Assembly (NCBI GenBank): GCA_963795805.1
Contig: CAWCIV010000001.1
Span: 581,859-645,858, forward strand
DNA from: an uncultured Chloroflexia bacterium
GTDB taxonomy: Bacteria > Chloroflexota > Dormibacteria > CF-121
DNA length: 64,000 nucleotides
Reading direction: 5' to 3'
Below are positions 20,859-30,537 of the stretch, piece after piece; the stretch's first letter is position 1, and every line of letters starts with the position of its first letter. The translations under genes were made by a program, and so were the position numbers. The notes under the pieces are model-generated. The model made no database searches and had not been told where the DNA came from. It saw nothing but the letters and a program-made list of their open reading frames with translations.

Positions 20859-21424
20859 TCGCGCTCCCGGTCCGACTGGGTGGCTCGGCGGCACGGGTCA
20901 CAGGCCTGGTCCTTGCTGCGGCCGCCCTTCGCGCGCTCCTCCTGCCGCTCGGGGACGGCCTGAGCACGGCAGCATTCGGACTCTGCCTCGGAGGGATCGC
21001 GTGGGCGTGGCGACAGGAGGATTCCGGCGCCGATCGGTGGGGGATCGGGGTCTCGGTCATCGCGGGACTCTGCCTCGGCGTCGTCCTCCTCACTCCGCTG
21101 TTCGGCAGTGCCGTAAACGGGCGGCCACTCACTGAGTTCTGGGAATGGGGGGCCATCGCCGCCGCGATCGCGACTCTCGAGGAGGTTGCCATCCGAGGAC
21201 GGCTTCAGCAGTGCTGGAGCCAGGAGGCGGGTCCGGTCGCGGCGATCGTGATTGGAGCCGCGGTGTTCGCGGCGATTCACCTGTCGCGCTACGGGGTTAC
21301 GGCGATGCCCCTCGACTTCGCGGTGGGGCTGGCGCTTGGGGGCATCCGCGCGATCACCGGCCGGGTCCTGCCCGGAGCGCTCGCGCACATCATGGCCGAT
21401 TGGGGCGCCTGGTTCTGGGCGTGA
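20856..21424 (+). CDS. CPBP family intramembrane glutamic endopeptidase (CAAX protease/bacteriocin-processing family)
   Basis: EEVAIRGRL (EExxxR), FAAIHL (FxxxH), ALAHIMAD (HxxxN/D); GTG start overlaps SBP stop. Confidence 0.7.
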
Positions 21425-22149
21425 CGGCCACCCGCCGGGCGGGACTGGTGGCGCTCGCGGTCGGCGTGGTGGCGACCATGCTGATGCACGGGCGCGGGGC
21501 GGCGCCGCCGGTCTTCGACGGCATCGTGACGCCACCTTCCCCGTATCACTGGGCGTCGCCACCGCCCGAACTCCGATCCGGCAATGTGCCGCCGTCGCCG
21601 GGCGACGCCACCTTTCCCGTTCACAACGGCCAGGTAGCCGGCGGCAGCCTGCAAACCGGTGACGCCCAGGTCGTGATCTACTTCGGTGTCGGGCTCTTCG
21701 CGTTATCGCCCTCGGCCCAGAGCGTTCGATGCACCGTTACGCCGCTGTCGAACCCACCCCCGCCCCCGCCCGGGAGCCAGATCCGTGGCAACGTCTATCA
21801 CATTCAGTGTATCGAGCAGCCAGGTGGCAAGGTCCTGACGGCGGTCGGAACATTCAACCTGACGATGCGGTATCCGAGCGGTCCGTTCAAGGAGATCCAG
21901 TACGACGATGGCGCCGCCTGGCACCCGCTGCCAACCACGACCGTCGGCGGAGGCAACCCCTTTGCCGGTGCCCGGCCTGGCGCGTTCGGCGACTTCGCCG
22001 CCACGGCGCCGGCGGGGGCGACCGGGCCGGGGATCCTCGACTTCCTCGGACGCTCCCTCGAGTTCTACGGCATTATCCTGTTCGTGGTCGTGTTCGGCGT
22101 GATCGCGATCGTCCAGGAAGTTCGTCGCCGGAGGAAGGCCAGGCAATGA
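21421..22149 (+). CDS. hypothetical exported protein with polyproline segment and C-terminal TM anchor
   Basis: N-terminal hydrophobic segment, SNPPPPPPGS, C-terminal EFYGIILFVVVFGVIAIVQEVRRRRKARQ; GTGA overlap with upstream gene. Confidence 0.4.
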   Translation: MTATRRAGLVALAVGVVATMLMHGRGAAPPVFDGIVTPPSPYHWASPPPELRSGNVPPSPGDATFPVHNGQVAGGSLQTGDAQVVIYFGVGLFALSPSAQSVRCTVTPLSNPPPPPPGSQIRGNVYHIQCIEQPGGKVLTAVGTFNLTMRYPSGPFKEIQYDDGAAWHPLPTTTVGGGNPFAGARPGAFGDFAATAPAGATGPGILDFLGRSLEFYGIILFVVVFGVIAIVQEVRRRRKARQ

Positions 22150-23474
22150 CGCTGATCCCACTGCACGCGTTCGGCACGAGGTACGACCTGCCCGCGCCCC
22201 TGTATCTGTTTCTCCTGGGCGCGGGCGCGGTCGTCTTCATGTCGTTTCTCCTGGTTCTCCGGCAGCCGGTTGGCCGCCGTGTGCCATCGGGCGAGGATGT
22301 GGTGTCGGTTCGGCACGGGGCGAGCTGGCCAGGGTGGGTTACCGTGGCGCTTTCGTCGCTGCTCGTCGCCATCGGCCTGTTCGGTACCCAGAGCACGCCG
22401 GACAACGTCGCCGTCACCGCCTTCTGGCTGGTGTTCTGGATCGCCGTCCCGATCAGCATCGCGATCGTCGGGAACTTCTGGCCGTTCATCAGTCCGCTGA
22501 ACGTCGTCGCCCGATTGGTCGGCCCGCGTCCCCGTGTTCCGTATCCAACTGCCTGGGGATTCTGGCCCGCGGCGGTTTTGTTCTTTCTCTTTGCCTGCGG
22601 GGAGCTGATCTTCAATGCCTACACCACCACACCGGCCGGCGCGGCCGTGGTGATGCTGGCCTACGGCATCGTTAACGCGGTAATGGCGTCGGTCTTCGGC
22701 GCCGAGACCTGGCTACGGCGCGGGGAGGTCTTCTCGGTGCTGTTCGCCACCTGGGGCCGGCTGGGCTATTTCCGCTTCGGGGAGCCCGGTCGGCGCGGGT
22801 TCCTCGGTGGTCTCACCCGTCCCTTCGAGGCGTCGGTCAGCCGGCTGACGTTCGTCCTGCTCCTGCTCGTCTCGGTGAGCTTCGATGGCCTCCTCTCGAC
22901 CCCGAGCTGGAAGCAAATGGCAGGCGGGCTCCCGGAAAGCTTCAGGCCAGGCACCAGCGGCTACGTCCTGGTCCTGCTGGCGACGTTCGTCGCTTTGGTG
23001 GCGTTGATCTGGGGGCTGTTTGCCGGGTTCAGCGCGGCCGTGCGCGCCGTGGGTCGGCTGGATGCACCGTTCCTTCGGGTGATGTCGGGCTTGGTGCCAT
23101 CCCTTGTCCCGATCGCCTTCGGCTATCTCGTCGCGCACAACCTGGATTACCTGGTGATCAATGGCCAGCTGCTCATCCACCAGATTTCCGATCCCCTTGG
23201 CACTGGAACGCTCAATCTCTTCGGCACGGTCAACTACGAGCCGAACCCAAACCTGATCCCGACGGGGGTGATCTGGTATTTTCAGATCGCCCTGATCATC
23301 GCGGTGCACATTGCCGCGGTCGTCCTCGCCCATAACTACCTCGGCCGGGTGGCGCGCACGGAGCGGCAGGGCAAACAGGCGGAGTGGCCCTGGATCGTGG
23401 CGATGGTCGGGTACACGATGTCAAGTCTCTGGTTGCTCGCGCAGCCGATCGTGCAGGAAGGCACCAAAGGCTGA
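22146..23474 (+). CDS. polytopic membrane protein (about 10-12 TM), unknown function
   Basis: 443 aa, hydrophobic throughout; ATGA overlap with upstream gene. Confidence 0.5.
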   Translation: MTLIPLHAFGTRYDLPAPLYLFLLGAGAVVFMSFLLVLRQPVGRRVPSGEDVVSVRHGASWPGWVTVALSSLLVAIGLFGTQSTPDNVAVTAFWLVFWIAVPISIAIVGNFWPFISPLNVVARLVGPRPRVPYPTAWGFWPAAVLFFLFACGELIFNAYTTTPAGAAVVMLAYGIVNAVMASVFGAETWLRRGEVFSVLFATWGRLGYFRFGEPGRRGFLGGLTRPFEASVSRLTFVLLLLVSVSFDGLLSTPSWKQMAGGLPESFRPGTSGYVLVLLATFVALVALIWGLFAGFSAAVRAVGRLDAPFLRVMSGLVPSLVPIAFGYLVAHNLDYLVINGQLLIHQISDPLGTGTLNLFGTVNYEPNPNLIPTGVIWYFQIALIIAVHIAAVVLAHNYLGRVARTERQGKQAEWPWIVAMVGYTMSSLWLLAQPIVQEGTKG

Positions 23475-24283
23475 GCCTCCATCCACTGCATGCCAGCCTT
23501 TCGCTGACGACGTGGTCGCTGGACCCGACGGTCCTGCTCGGCACGCTAGCGCTGGGGGCGGGTTACGCCTGGCTGATCCGCGGCCGTGGCCAGATCGCTG
23601 CGTGGTCACCGGTCGCGCGTCTCTACTTCGCCCTGGCGCTGCTGGCCCTGATCCTGGCGCTCGAGTCGCCGATCGATGTCGGCGGGGATCGCTATCTGTT
23701 CAGCCTGCACATGGTGCAGCATCTGCTGCTGGCGATGGTGGTGCCACCCCTGTTGCTCCTCGGCCTCCCCGCGGAGTGGTTGCTGCTCGAGCGGCTCCGG
23801 ATCCCGCCCCTGGCCGCCATCGTAATTTTCAATCTTGTCCTCGCCGTCTGGCACCTGCCCTTCCTCTACGAGGCGACGCTCCGCAACGGACCAATTCATG
23901 TCGCGGAGCATCTGAGCTTTCTCGCCGCCGGGGTGCTTTTCTGGTGGCCGATCATGGCGCCAAGCACCCCCCGCCGGGGCCTCACCGCGATCGGGAAGAT
24001 CGCGTACCTCGGCTTCGCCGGGGTGCCGCCCACGATCCTCGGACTCGCCTTCATCCTGTCGCGGAGCGTGATTTACCCGTTCTATGCCGCGGCTCCGCGG
24101 GTCACCCCGCTGTCGCCCCTCGAGGACCAGGTGGCGGCCGGCCTCGTCATGTTCGGGCTGGGCAACCTCATCTATTTCGCGGCGATCGCGATCATGTTTT
24201 TCCGTTTGGATGACGCGGACGCCACAGCCGGTGACCTCGTCGGGAAGGCCCCGCAACAACCCCATGCCACAATGAGGTCGTGA
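23384..24283 (+). CDS. cytochrome c oxidase caa3 assembly factor CtaG-like membrane protein
   Basis: SLHMVQHLLLAMVVPPLLLLGLP...HLPFLYEATLRNGPIHVAEHLSFLAAGVLFWWPIM; only canonical start is GTG 23384 (overlaps upstream gene by 91 nt), real start may be later. Confidence 0.6.
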   Translation: MALDRGDGRVHDVKSLVARAADRAGRHQRLSLHPLHASLSLTTWSLDPTVLLGTLALGAGYAWLIRGRGQIAAWSPVARLYFALALLALILALESPIDVGGDRYLFSLHMVQHLLLAMVVPPLLLLGLPAEWLLLERLRIPPLAAIVIFNLVLAVWHLPFLYEATLRNGPIHVAEHLSFLAAGVLFWWPIMAPSTPRRGLTAIGKIAYLGFAGVPPTILGLAFILSRSVIYPFYAAAPRVTPLSPLEDQVAAGLVMFGLGNLIYFAAIAIMFFRLDDADATAGDLVGKAPQQPHATMRS

Positions 24284-24717
24284 CCCAGAGGACCACGGCA
24301 ACCGAGGCGCTGCACACGTCCGGCTACCGCCTGACGATGCAGCGGCAGATCGTCTGGGATACCCTCCGGCAGGCCAAAAAGCATCTGAGCGCCGACGATC
24401 TCCTTGGGCAGATCCGCAAGCAGTATCCCCGTTTCAATGTCGCGACGATCTATCGATCCCTCGAGGTACTTGAGGAACTGGGGCTGATCAAGGAAACGCG
24501 GATTGGCGATCGCGGGTACTACGAGCTGGCCGAAGAGGGGACTGATCATTATCACCTGGTCTGCGATCAGTGTGGTTCAACCCTGCATATCGAAGGTGAT
24601 CACCTGGTGCCGGTGCTGCATCACATCACCGAAGAACACGGTTTCGTCGTCAGCTCGGCGGACCTCGTGGTGCACGGCCGCTGCGCCCGCTGCCAGTCGA
24701 AGGCATCGCGGCCCTAA
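24280..24717 (+). CDS. fur: Fur-family metal-uptake transcriptional regulator
   Basis: winged-helix N-domain, HYHLVCDQCG and HGRCARCQ metal-site motifs; 145 aa. Confidence 0.85.
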   Translation: MTQRTTATEALHTSGYRLTMQRQIVWDTLRQAKKHLSADDLLGQIRKQYPRFNVATIYRSLEVLEELGLIKETRIGDRGYYELAEEGTDHYHLVCDQCGSTLHIEGDHLVPVLHHITEEHGFVVSSADLVVHGRCARCQSKASRP

Positions 24718-24723
24718 TCGCGT

Positions 24724-25974
24724 TTGGCGGCCGCCGACGAGGAAACGATTCGGACGGAGGCGCTCGTTTGGCCGCGTGCCGGCGGGCCACTGACCGCGCT
24801 GGTCATCATCAGCGGCAGTCACGCCGTCATCCACGCGTACTCGACACTGCTGCCGCTGATCTACCCGCTGGCGCTCACGGACCTGCACTTCTCGGTGGTC
24901 GCCCTCGGCATCATGGTCGCCCTGTCAAGCCTGGCCGGCGGCATGCTGCAGCTCGGGGCCGGCGCCGTCACCCGCGTGATCCAGCGACACAGCCTGATCG
25001 GATGGGGCGCGGTCGCGATGGGCCTGGCCGGGGTGATGACTGCGACCGCGGGGACGTTCGCGCAGTTTTTTGCCGGGAACCTGCTGCGGTCGGTTGCCAC
25101 CAGCGCACAGCATCCGGTCGGGAACTCGCTGCTGACGGACCTGTACGAGAAGGGTCGGCGTGGGGTCGCGATCTCCGGCCACGTCGCCGGCGGCAACCTC
25201 GGGACCGTGTTCCTCACGCCGCTCGCGGGCTTGCTGTTGAACGCCTGGGGCTGGCGCAATGCGCTGCTGCTCCTGACGGTTCCCGCCACGATCGCCGGAG
25301 TAGCCGTCGTCGTGCTGATCCACGAGCGGACGCGACCGATCCGCGCGGGAACGCCCCTGGCGGACATGCTCGACGGGCTGCGGATGGTGCGGCGCTCCTC
25401 CGCGCTCACGATGATCTTCCTGGCCTCCCTGATCGCGGCCGGCGGGCGCGGCCTGGGCGTGGTCATCCTGGTGGTGCCGCTCTACCTCAAGCTGCACCTG
25501 CACCTGTCCAACGGCTACGTCACGGTGCTGTACTCGGTGCTGTTGATCGGGAGCGTGGCCGGCCCCCTGATTGCTGGTCCGCTGAGTGACCGGATCGGGC
25601 GGCGCCTGCTGTTGCTGGTCGCGTATCCGCTCAGCGCGGTGACGACGGTGCTGGTGCTGCTGGTGCCGGCGAGCGGTCCGTGGCTCGCCGTAGCCCTGGC
25701 GGCGATGGGGCTGGTCGTCTACGTCGAAAGCCCGATCCTGCAGGCCTTCCTTGCCGACGAGGCGCCGGCCGCCCAGCGTGATGCGATCTTCAGCCTCTAT
25801 TTCGCGGTGGCGTTTGGCGTGGGTGCACTCTGGGCTGCCGGCGTTGGCGCCATGATCGGTCCGTTCGGATTTGGCGTGGTCTTCCTGACGATGGCGAGCA
25901 CGTATCTGCTGGCAGGCCTCTGCGTGGTCGCCATCCGTGAACCGGCGGCCGCCCCGCTCGCGATGCGAGAATAG
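24724..25974 (+). CDS. MFS transporter
   Basis: 416 aa, 12 TM; MFS loop motif region DLYEKGRRGVAISGH. Confidence 0.75.
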   Translation: MAAADEETIRTEALVWPRAGGPLTALVIISGSHAVIHAYSTLLPLIYPLALTDLHFSVVALGIMVALSSLAGGMLQLGAGAVTRVIQRHSLIGWGAVAMGLAGVMTATAGTFAQFFAGNLLRSVATSAQHPVGNSLLTDLYEKGRRGVAISGHVAGGNLGTVFLTPLAGLLLNAWGWRNALLLLTVPATIAGVAVVVLIHERTRPIRAGTPLADMLDGLRMVRRSSALTMIFLASLIAAGGRGLGVVILVVPLYLKLHLHLSNGYVTVLYSVLLIGSVAGPLIAGPLSDRIGRRLLLLVAYPLSAVTTVLVLLVPASGPWLAVALAAMGLVVYVESPILQAFLADEAPAAQRDAIFSLYFAVAFGVGALWAAGVGAMIGPFGFGVVFLTMASTYLLAGLCVVAIREPAAAPLAMRE

Positions 25975-25980
25975 CGCGCG

Positions 25981-26727
25981 ATGGCACAAGCCGACGCCGC
26001 CCGGGGAGGGCCGATTCATCCTCCGGATGCTCCGCAGGGCGGTCTCGGTCGCAAGCTCCGCGATATCATCCTTGGCGGCCAGGATGGCCTGGTCAACGTG
26101 CTGGGCCTCGTGCTCGGGGTTGCCGCCGCGACGGCGCAGCTGAAGGTCATCATCGTCGCGGGGCTCGCAGCAACGTTCTCTGAATCGATTGCGATGGCCG
26201 GGGTCGCCTACACGTCGGCGTTGGCCGACCGCGATTATTACCTCGCCGAGGAGGCCAAGGAGCGACGCGAGATCGAGGAAGTGCCCGAGGTCGAGCGCGA
26301 GGAGATCCGCCAGATCTTCCGCCAGAAGGGCCTCAAGGGCGACCTGCTCGAGCGTGTGGTGACGGAGATCACCGCCGACAAAGACATCTGGGTCGACGTC
26401 ATGATGCGGGACGAACTGCACCTGTCGCCGGTGGCCAAGGAAGGGATCGCCGGACGGGCGCTGATCACCGGGGTGGCGACGCTGATCGGGTCCTTGATTC
26501 CGCTGACGCCGTTTCTGCTTGTGCCGCTGTTTGGCGTCTCAGTCACGGTGGCGACGCTCCTGGCGGTTCCGCTGTGCGCGGCGGTGCTCTTCGGCGTCGG
26601 TGCCTACAAGGCCCTCACCCTCGTGGGGGACTGGCGGATCAGCGGGCTGGAGATGCTGGTCATCGGCATGGTCTCCGCCGGTGCCGGTTACCTCGTCGGC
26701 CGGATCCTGCACGTCAGTGGTGGTTAG
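25981..26727 (+). CDS. VIT1/CCC1-family Fe/Mn transporter
   Basis: ILGGQDGLVNVLGLVLGVAAA N-terminal signature, cytoplasmic acidic helix EEAKERREIEEVPEVEREEI, C-terminal TM bundle. Confidence 0.75.
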   Translation: MAQADAARGGPIHPPDAPQGGLGRKLRDIILGGQDGLVNVLGLVLGVAAATAQLKVIIVAGLAATFSESIAMAGVAYTSALADRDYYLAEEAKERREIEEVPEVEREEIRQIFRQKGLKGDLLERVVTEITADKDIWVDVMMRDELHLSPVAKEGIAGRALITGVATLIGSLIPLTPFLLVPLFGVSVTVATLLAVPLCAAVLFGVGAYKALTLVGDWRISGLEMLVIGMVSAGAGYLVGRILHVSGG

Positions 26728-27100
26728 GATCGGCAGCATCGCGACCACCCGCGGCCTGCATGGCGCGGGTGAGGACACGCTCCATGCCGGAGTGCGCGGC
26801 TAACACAGCTCCGAGCGCCTGGGCGCGCGCCCGGAGCTCGGTCTCCAGGTGACCGCTGACGGCGACGACACGGGGCGTTGGGTCGGCCTGACACAGTTGC
26901 TCGATGAGCGCCAGCTGGCGGTCCGGGTTGAGCGTGACCTGGACCACCACGACGCTGCCAGGGTCCCAGCGGCGTTCTGACGCCTCCGGTGGCGTCACGG
27001 TCGTGAGCGGGAGACCCAGCCGTCGCGCCATCGCGCGAACGCGCTCCGCGAAAAAGAGGTCGTCCTGGACCACGTACAGACGCGGCGTCATCGACTCCAC
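26714..27100 (-). CDS. hypothetical protein, weak resemblance to a degenerate CheY-like receiver domain
   Basis: LYVVQDDLFFAERVRAMARRLG...VVVVQVTLNPDRQLALIEQL...RVVAVSGH resembles REC topology but the phospho-acceptor Asp is replaced. Confidence 0.3.
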   Translation of the reverse strand: MESMTPRLYVVQDDLFFAERVRAMARRLGLPLTTVTPPEASERRWDPGSVVVVQVTLNPDRQLALIEQLCQADPTPRVVAVSGHLETELRARAQALGAVLAAHSGMERVLTRAMQAAGGRDAADPNHH

Positions 27101-27254
27101 AATACGGCTCGGCCCAAACGGCTGCCCTTTTAGCTATCGCCAAACCCTCTTCGGCGCTTGCTATAATCCGCCGCGGGAAGTTTGGGTCGCGGGGCTGCGC
27201 CGGGCTTCCGGCGAAGACTCCGAATCCAAAGTAGAAAGAAAGGAGACCTTTGCC

Positions 27255-27545
27255 GTGAGCTTCAGCGATAGGACCTTAACCTGCCGTGACTGCGGACTCA
27301 ATTTCGTCTTTACCGTCGGTGAGCAGGAGTTCTACGCCGCGAAGGGGTTTCAGCATGAGCCCTCACGCTGCCCGGACTGCCGCTCGATCAACCGCAACGT
27401 ACGGGGGACAGGTCGCGCCAAGGAGCTTCACGAGGTCGTCTGTGCCGAGTGCGGCAAGCCGGCCCAGGTGCCGTTCACGCCCACCATGGGACGTCCGGTG
27501 TACTGCAGCGATTGCTTCGACAAGGTCCGAACCACCCGCCGCTAG
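27255..27545 (+). CDS. small zinc-ribbon protein with two CxxC..CxxC modules
   Basis: AAGGAG RBS 9 nt before GTG 27255; CRDCG/CPDC and CAEC/CSDC pairs. Confidence 0.5.
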   Translation: MSFSDRTLTCRDCGLNFVFTVGEQEFYAAKGFQHEPSRCPDCRSINRNVRGTGRAKELHEVVCAECGKPAQVPFTPTMGRPVYCSDCFDKVRTTRR

Positions 27546-27643
27546 GCAGTTTTCGGCCGGATCGTAACGATTGCCGTAATCCAGCGGGCGCAGCATCGTT
27601 TCAAGCGGCTACCAGGCCTATCGGCTGGTGTCCGCCAAACAAT

Positions 27644-28171
27644 ATGCGCGACGGACTGAACTTGCCGCTTCGCCTGGTGGGCCCGGCCGATGATGCCGGT
27701 CAACCACGGATTCGCCGCGTCGGCGGCCTCACGATCTGGGCCGAGACGCTCACCCTGCAGACGAGGGCGCCGCGTGAGTTCATCGACATCACGGCCCGGG
27801 TGGCCGAAGTTATCTCGCGCTCCGCTGTGTCACAGGGTTGGGTCGGGGTCTTCTCCAAGCACACCACGGCAGCGATCGTCCTGAACGAGAACGAACCGCT
27901 CCTGCTGGCGGACATGGGCGCGTTGCTGGAGCGGATCTCGGCATCGACGGGCGTCTATGACCACAACGACATGAGCCGGCGCAGCGGCGAAATGGAGCCG
28001 AACGAATGCGCTAATGGCCACGCGCACTGCCAGCACCTCTTGCTCGGTGGCAGCGAGACCATCCCGGTCGCCGACGGCGAGATGGACCTTGGCCGCTGGC
28101 AGCGGATCTTCCTAGTCGAGCTTGACCGCCCCCGGGATCGCCAGGTCGTCGTCCAGGTCTTCGGCGCCTAA
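27644..28171 (+). CDS. YjbQ/UPF0047 family protein (secondary thiamine-phosphate synthase-like)
   Basis: FIDITARVAEVISRSAVSQGWVGVFSKHTTAAIVLNENEPLLLADM...HAHCQHLLLGGSETIPVADGEMDLGRWQRIFLVELD. Confidence 0.65.
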   Translation: MRDGLNLPLRLVGPADDAGQPRIRRVGGLTIWAETLTLQTRAPREFIDITARVAEVISRSAVSQGWVGVFSKHTTAAIVLNENEPLLLADMGALLERISASTGVYDHNDMSRRSGEMEPNECANGHAHCQHLLLGGSETIPVADGEMDLGRWQRIFLVELDRPRDRQVVVQVFGA

Positions 28172-28236
28172 AATCGTCCTCGGCGCCGTTTCACAGCAGC
28201 CACCAGCCGGCAGCCATCGCGATCGAGGAGGACGAG

Positions 28237-28893
28237 ATGCTCGAAAAATTCACCTGGTACAAGCAATCCGCCTACAAGTGGCAGGGTGACGGACGGACCT
28301 TGTACATCGACCCCTGGGGCGTGACCAAAGGTCAGGATGCGCCCGCCGACGTGATCTTTATCACCCATGCGCACTTCGATCATTTCCAGCCCGAAGAGAT
28401 CGACAAGGTTTTAGGACCCAAGACCCAGATCGTCGCGCCACACGATATCGCGAAGGAACTCGGGGGCAACGTGAAAGCGGTCAAGCCCGGTGAGTCGTTC
28501 GAGGTGGCGGGCATCAAGGTCGAGACTGTGGTGGCGTACAACACGCATCCAGAGAAGCTGCAGAATCATCCGAAGGCGAACAATTGGGTCGGGTACATCC
28601 TGAAGCTGGGGGATCATCGCTACTATCACGCTGGCGACACCGACCCAGCTCCGGAGCTCGAGAAGATCAAAACCGACGTCGCCTTCGTGCCGATTGGCGA
28701 CACCTACACCATGGGCGCATCCGAGGCGGCCGGCTTCATCAAGAAAATTCGCCCCCAGCTCGCAGTGCCGATGCACTACGGGTTCGTGGTCGGGACGCCG
28801 GCTGACGCGGAAACCTTTGCCAGGGAATGCGCGCCGGTGAAGGTCCAGACACTGAAGCCGGTTCACGCGTTCGAGACGGCGGCCGCGCACTAA
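28237..28893 (+). CDS. MBL-fold metallo-hydrolase
   Basis: ITHAHFDHF (HxHxDH) and later His/Asp ligands; 218 aa. Confidence 0.75.
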   Translation: MLEKFTWYKQSAYKWQGDGRTLYIDPWGVTKGQDAPADVIFITHAHFDHFQPEEIDKVLGPKTQIVAPHDIAKELGGNVKAVKPGESFEVAGIKVETVVAYNTHPEKLQNHPKANNWVGYILKLGDHRYYHAGDTDPAPELEKIKTDVAFVPIGDTYTMGASEAAGFIKKIRPQLAVPMHYGFVVGTPADAETFARECAPVKVQTLKPVHAFETAAAH

Positions 28894-29094
28894 CGGCCGG
28901 CACGGCCGCGGCCCGACGGCTGCACTGCAACGTAGCGGAGGGTTTTCGGCTTGTAGGTCTGTCTGGTTCACCAGGCGGTTCTCGCTCAACGGAGGCATGT
29001 CAGCGAGGGTGGTGCATCGGCACGCCTCTTTGGATGCGGTGGTCCGTCGACAAAGAGAATTGAGTCTGCGTTTTGACAGACAGCTGTCGCAGTC

Positions 29095-30321
29095 ATGCGT
29101 CAGGATGAAAGCATGGCCGCGGCAGACGATCGTTGCGAGACTCCGCTCGACCTGATCCGTCGCGGCTATGAGCGGATGCCGGGCTGGTTGACCGGCAAAC
29201 GTGACGAAGCGTGCGGCCCGATCGCGATCGAGCTTCAGGAGTTTCGCGACCGATCCGAGGCGAACTCGGCCGAGGCACTGCGCCGGTTTGAGAAGTCAGG
29301 TTCGTGGACCGAAGACGGATCGCTGAGCCTGGTTGCCTGGCTGCGCACGCACGGGAAGCTCTCCGGCGGCGCGGCGATGCAACGGGTCACGATCGCCCGG
29401 CAGCTGGAACAGCTACCGGAGACCGGGAAGGCGTTCCAGCGTGGCGACCTGGGTTACGAGCATGTGGCCATCATCAGCCGAACGGCGGAACACGTCGGAG
29501 TGGCCGCGGTGCAACACGCGGAGTCGGCACTGCTCGACGCGGCGCAGACCAAGGATCCCGGGCAGTTCGTGGCGGTCGCCAAAGAGTTCGAGCACCGGGT
29601 GGATGCCGAGGCCGCCTTGCGTGAAACCAATCGGGCCTTCAGTCGCCGGTACTTCCACCTGAGCGAGCCGAAGGACGGCGTGGTCCACCTTGAAGGCCTG
29701 CTCGATGCCGAGGGTGGCGCGACGCTGAAGACCGCGCTTGACGGGGTGATGTCGGTGCCCGCTCGTGATGACGACCGGACGCCAGGGCAGCGCCGCGCGG
29801 ATGGAATCGTGGACGTCGCCAGGATGGCGCTCACCGGTGGCAAGCTGGGCCGGACCGGCGGGCAGCGGCCGCACCTCGTGATCACCGCCAGCGTCGAGAC
29901 GCTCGCCGGCGTGCCGGGCGCCGCGCCAGCGCGGATGGACGGCGTCGGCCCGATCCCCCTGGCGACGGCGGAACGTCATGCCTGCGACTCCACGATCAGT
30001 TGGCTGGTTGGAAAGGCCGAATTTGAAAGTGAGACCAGCCACGCCCACCGACAGATTCCAGCGTCGACGCGACGGGCGTTGGTCGCCCGCGACCGCGAGT
30101 GCGTCTTCCATGGCTGTCACCGGCCGGCGAGCTGGTGCGATGGGCATCACCTGCTCTTCTGGTCGCGTGGCGGCGAGACGAAACTGGACAACCTGGCACT
30201 CGTCTGCGGCCGGCATCACCGAATGCTCCACGAAGAGGGCTGGACGCTGCAACGCTCCGGCGGCCGGTGGGTAACGAAACCGCCCGGGCAACCGGTTCCC
30301 GCCCACGCCCGGTCCGCCTGA
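29095..30321 (+). CDS. DUF222 + HNH endonuclease domain protein (actinobacterial 13E12-repeat family type)
   Basis: C-terminal HNH motif CVFHGCHRPASWCDGHHLLFWSRGGETKLDNLALVCGRHHRMLHE; N-terminal DUF222-like region (LVAWLRTHGKLSGGAA...). Confidence 0.8.
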   Translation: MRQDESMAAADDRCETPLDLIRRGYERMPGWLTGKRDEACGPIAIELQEFRDRSEANSAEALRRFEKSGSWTEDGSLSLVAWLRTHGKLSGGAAMQRVTIARQLEQLPETGKAFQRGDLGYEHVAIISRTAEHVGVAAVQHAESALLDAAQTKDPGQFVAVAKEFEHRVDAEAALRETNRAFSRRYFHLSEPKDGVVHLEGLLDAEGGATLKTALDGVMSVPARDDDRTPGQRRADGIVDVARMALTGGKLGRTGGQRPHLVITASVETLAGVPGAAPARMDGVGPIPLATAERHACDSTISWLVGKAEFESETSHAHRQIPASTRRALVARDRECVFHGCHRPASWCDGHHLLFWSRGGETKLDNLALVCGRHHRMLHEEGWTLQRSGGRWVTKPPGQPVPAHARSA

Positions 30322-30537
30322 GAGCCGACCAGCCTTGCGGTCGAGCAGCCGGACCGCGTTTGCCCGATAGGCCGCGCTGGGCCTGCCGGCCCTCGCGAGC
30401 GAGGCTTAAGTGCCATGCGAGCGATTGCGGCATTAGCGCGCAGACCGACGACGCTGACCGCCGTTCTTTATCGGGAACTTTTGGATGGCCTCCGACGTCT
30501 GGATGCTGACGTCAACGGACGGATTAGGAGGCACTCA

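Noticed and set aside
26714-27100. Response-regulator receiver domain
   Set aside because: Topology is loosely similar but the phospho-acceptor Asp and Lys positions are not conserved; kept only as a hypothetical protein.
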